From assembly GCA_965198115.1 (NCBI GenBank), contig OZ240241.1, positions 3,328,001 through 3,392,000 on the forward strand: a DNA stretch of 64,000 nucleotides. Reading direction: 5' to 3'. This DNA is from Candidatus Latescibacterota bacterium. Its GTDB lineage: Bacteria; Latescibacterota; UBA2968. This document shows, in pieces, positions 62,538 through 64,000 of this stretch (its first letter is position 1; the number at the start of each line of letters is the position of its first letter). Made by a program: the position numbers and the translations under genes. Below the pieces are notes generated by a model that did no database searches, was not told where the DNA came from, and saw nothing but the letters and a program-made list of their open reading frames with translations.

Positions 62538-63730
62538 CGGCCAGAACCCCGTGCTCCGCATCGTCACCGACGAGGGGATTGACGGGTTCAGCCAGGTCGA
62601 GCCCAGTAAACACTACCTGAAGCCGCACGTCCTCTTCTATCGAGACCACATTCTCGGCGAGGATCCAACCAGCGTGGAACGCGTCGTTCGAAAAATTCGA
62701 CGGCTCGGCGCCTTCAAGCCGTGGGGAAGCTCGGTCAGCGCGATCGAGATGGCGCTCTGGGATATCGCGGGCAAAGCGGCTGGACTGCCCGTCCATCGGC
62801 TGCTGGGCGGCAAGGTTCGCGACACCGTTCGGGTCTACAACGGCGCCGTTCGCTTTCCCCTCGAAGGCTACGAACCCGATGACTACGCCGCCAATATGGC
62901 GAAGATGAAGGCTTCCCCCGAAAACTTCAGCCTGATCAAACAGGGCGTGGCGTTCCACGGTCCGATGGCCGACTCGGTACCCGGTTTCTACTACGGCGAC
63001 GCCAACAGTGGAAACTATCGTTTCAGTCGCGGGGCACTGACCGAAAAGGGCCTCAAGCACCTGATCGCTTGTACCGAGGCAATGAAGGAGGTGTGTGGCG
63101 AAGAGGTGGGACTCGCGCTCGACTGCGGTCCGGGTATGCTCCCCCACGATGTCATCCGGTTTGCGCGGGCCGTCGAGCACCTCAACCTCGCCTGGATCGA
63201 GGACACCGTCACCGGCGACTACGTCCCCTGGGTACACGCCGACCAGTATCTCGAGATCACACGCAGCACGTCGACTCCCATCCACACGGGCGAACAGATC
63301 TATCTACGTCACAATTTCAAAGACCTCATCGAAGCGAAGGCCGTGAATGTGATTGGTCCTGACCCCTGCGACGTCGGCGGCATATCGGAGTTGAAATGGA
63401 TCGCCGAATACGCCGATCTACACGGGATCCTGATGGCGCCGCACGGAACGGGCGACGGCCTCTTCGGTGTTGCGGCCCTCGTTCAGGTCTGTGCGACCTT
63501 GCCCGACAACTTCATCGCCTTCGAGTATCCAACGGGGAAACCGGAATGGTGGTACGACATCGTCGACGGTCTTCCCGATCCCATCGTGACGAACAGTTGC
63601 ATCGAGGTCTGGGACACGCCGGGTATCGGTGTCACGTTCAACGAGAAAGCTCGCGACCGCCTGCCGGAAGGCGACGAGGACTTCTTCGATTGAGTCTTAT
63701 TGGCCAATTGCGCGTGAGGAGAGGTAGCCT

Positions 63731-64000
63731 ATGATTCAGCACATCGTTCTGCTCAAACTGAAACCTGGCACGACCCCCGAGCAGAAGCAGGCATTGCACG
63801 ACGGACTCGTCGGCCTAAAAGACATCATTCCCGGCATCGAATCGGTCACCGATGGGGATGACTGCAGTCCGGAAGGGAAACAGCACGGCTTCGACTGGGG
63901 GTTCGTGATGGCGTTCGCGGACGAGGCGGCCCGAGACGGGTATCTACCCCACCCCGATCACAAGGCGTTGGGGCAGACCTTCATCCGACCCATCGCGGAC
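63731..64000 (+). CDS. Dabb-family (stress-responsive A/B barrel) protein, runs off the window end
   Basis: MIQHIVLLKLK...LKDIIPGI...GFDWGFVMAF....RDGYLPHPDH; SD GAGG upstream. Confidence 0.85.
   Translation, partial: MIQHIVLLKLKPGTTPEQKQALHDGLVGLKDIIPGIESVTDGDDCSPEGKQHGFDWGFVMAFADEAARDGYLPHPDHKALGQTFIRPIAD

Larger units (their letters stand above)
61123..63693 (+). pseudogene. Mandelate racemase/muconate lactonizing (enolase superfamily) enzyme interrupted by IS256
   Basis: MKITDLKCTVIGQ | NPVLRIVTDEGIDG..., SAIEMALWDIAGK, LALDC, WIED, HTGEQ, DVGGISE. Confidence 0.88.

Noticed and set aside
1-64000. tRNA, rRNA or CRISPR-Cas genes
   Set aside because: None recognised by eye.

Overview
GC-rich bacterial chromosomal window. 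Gene content (many PhyH-type dioxygenases, a sulfatase, a MacB-type permease, a dockerin-like EF-hand fragment) suggests a Latescibacterota/Poribacteria-like organism; this is inference only. It carries nrdR-nrdJ with tandem NrdR boxes, two-component genes, an orphan secretin, a hicB-hicA pair and catabolic enzymes. It also holds about 12 IS elements (IS630, IS1380 x2, IS256 x3 plus one truncated, ISL3 x3, IS1182, ISAzo13), several nested or disrupting genes. Scattered single-base frameshifts look like assembly errors. The outstanding feature is at 39758-43740: an ECF sigma factor followed by a 1054-aa single-chain miniature RNA polymerase. This protein is a collinear fusion of the catalytic cores of RpoB and RpoC. 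It keeps the DFDGD motif, the substrate-binding lysines and the sigma-binding clamp helices. It appears to lack the flap, lobe, Zn-finger and trigger loop, and it has substitutions at both ribose-selecting residues (R425K and N458D equivalents). A second candidate system is an IS-damaged island (gamma-glutamylcyclotransferase, ATP-grasp ligase, tandem double-psi-barrel/2TM protein) bracketed by a partial duplication of a P-loop kinase gene. All family assignments are by eye from motifs; no database searches were run.
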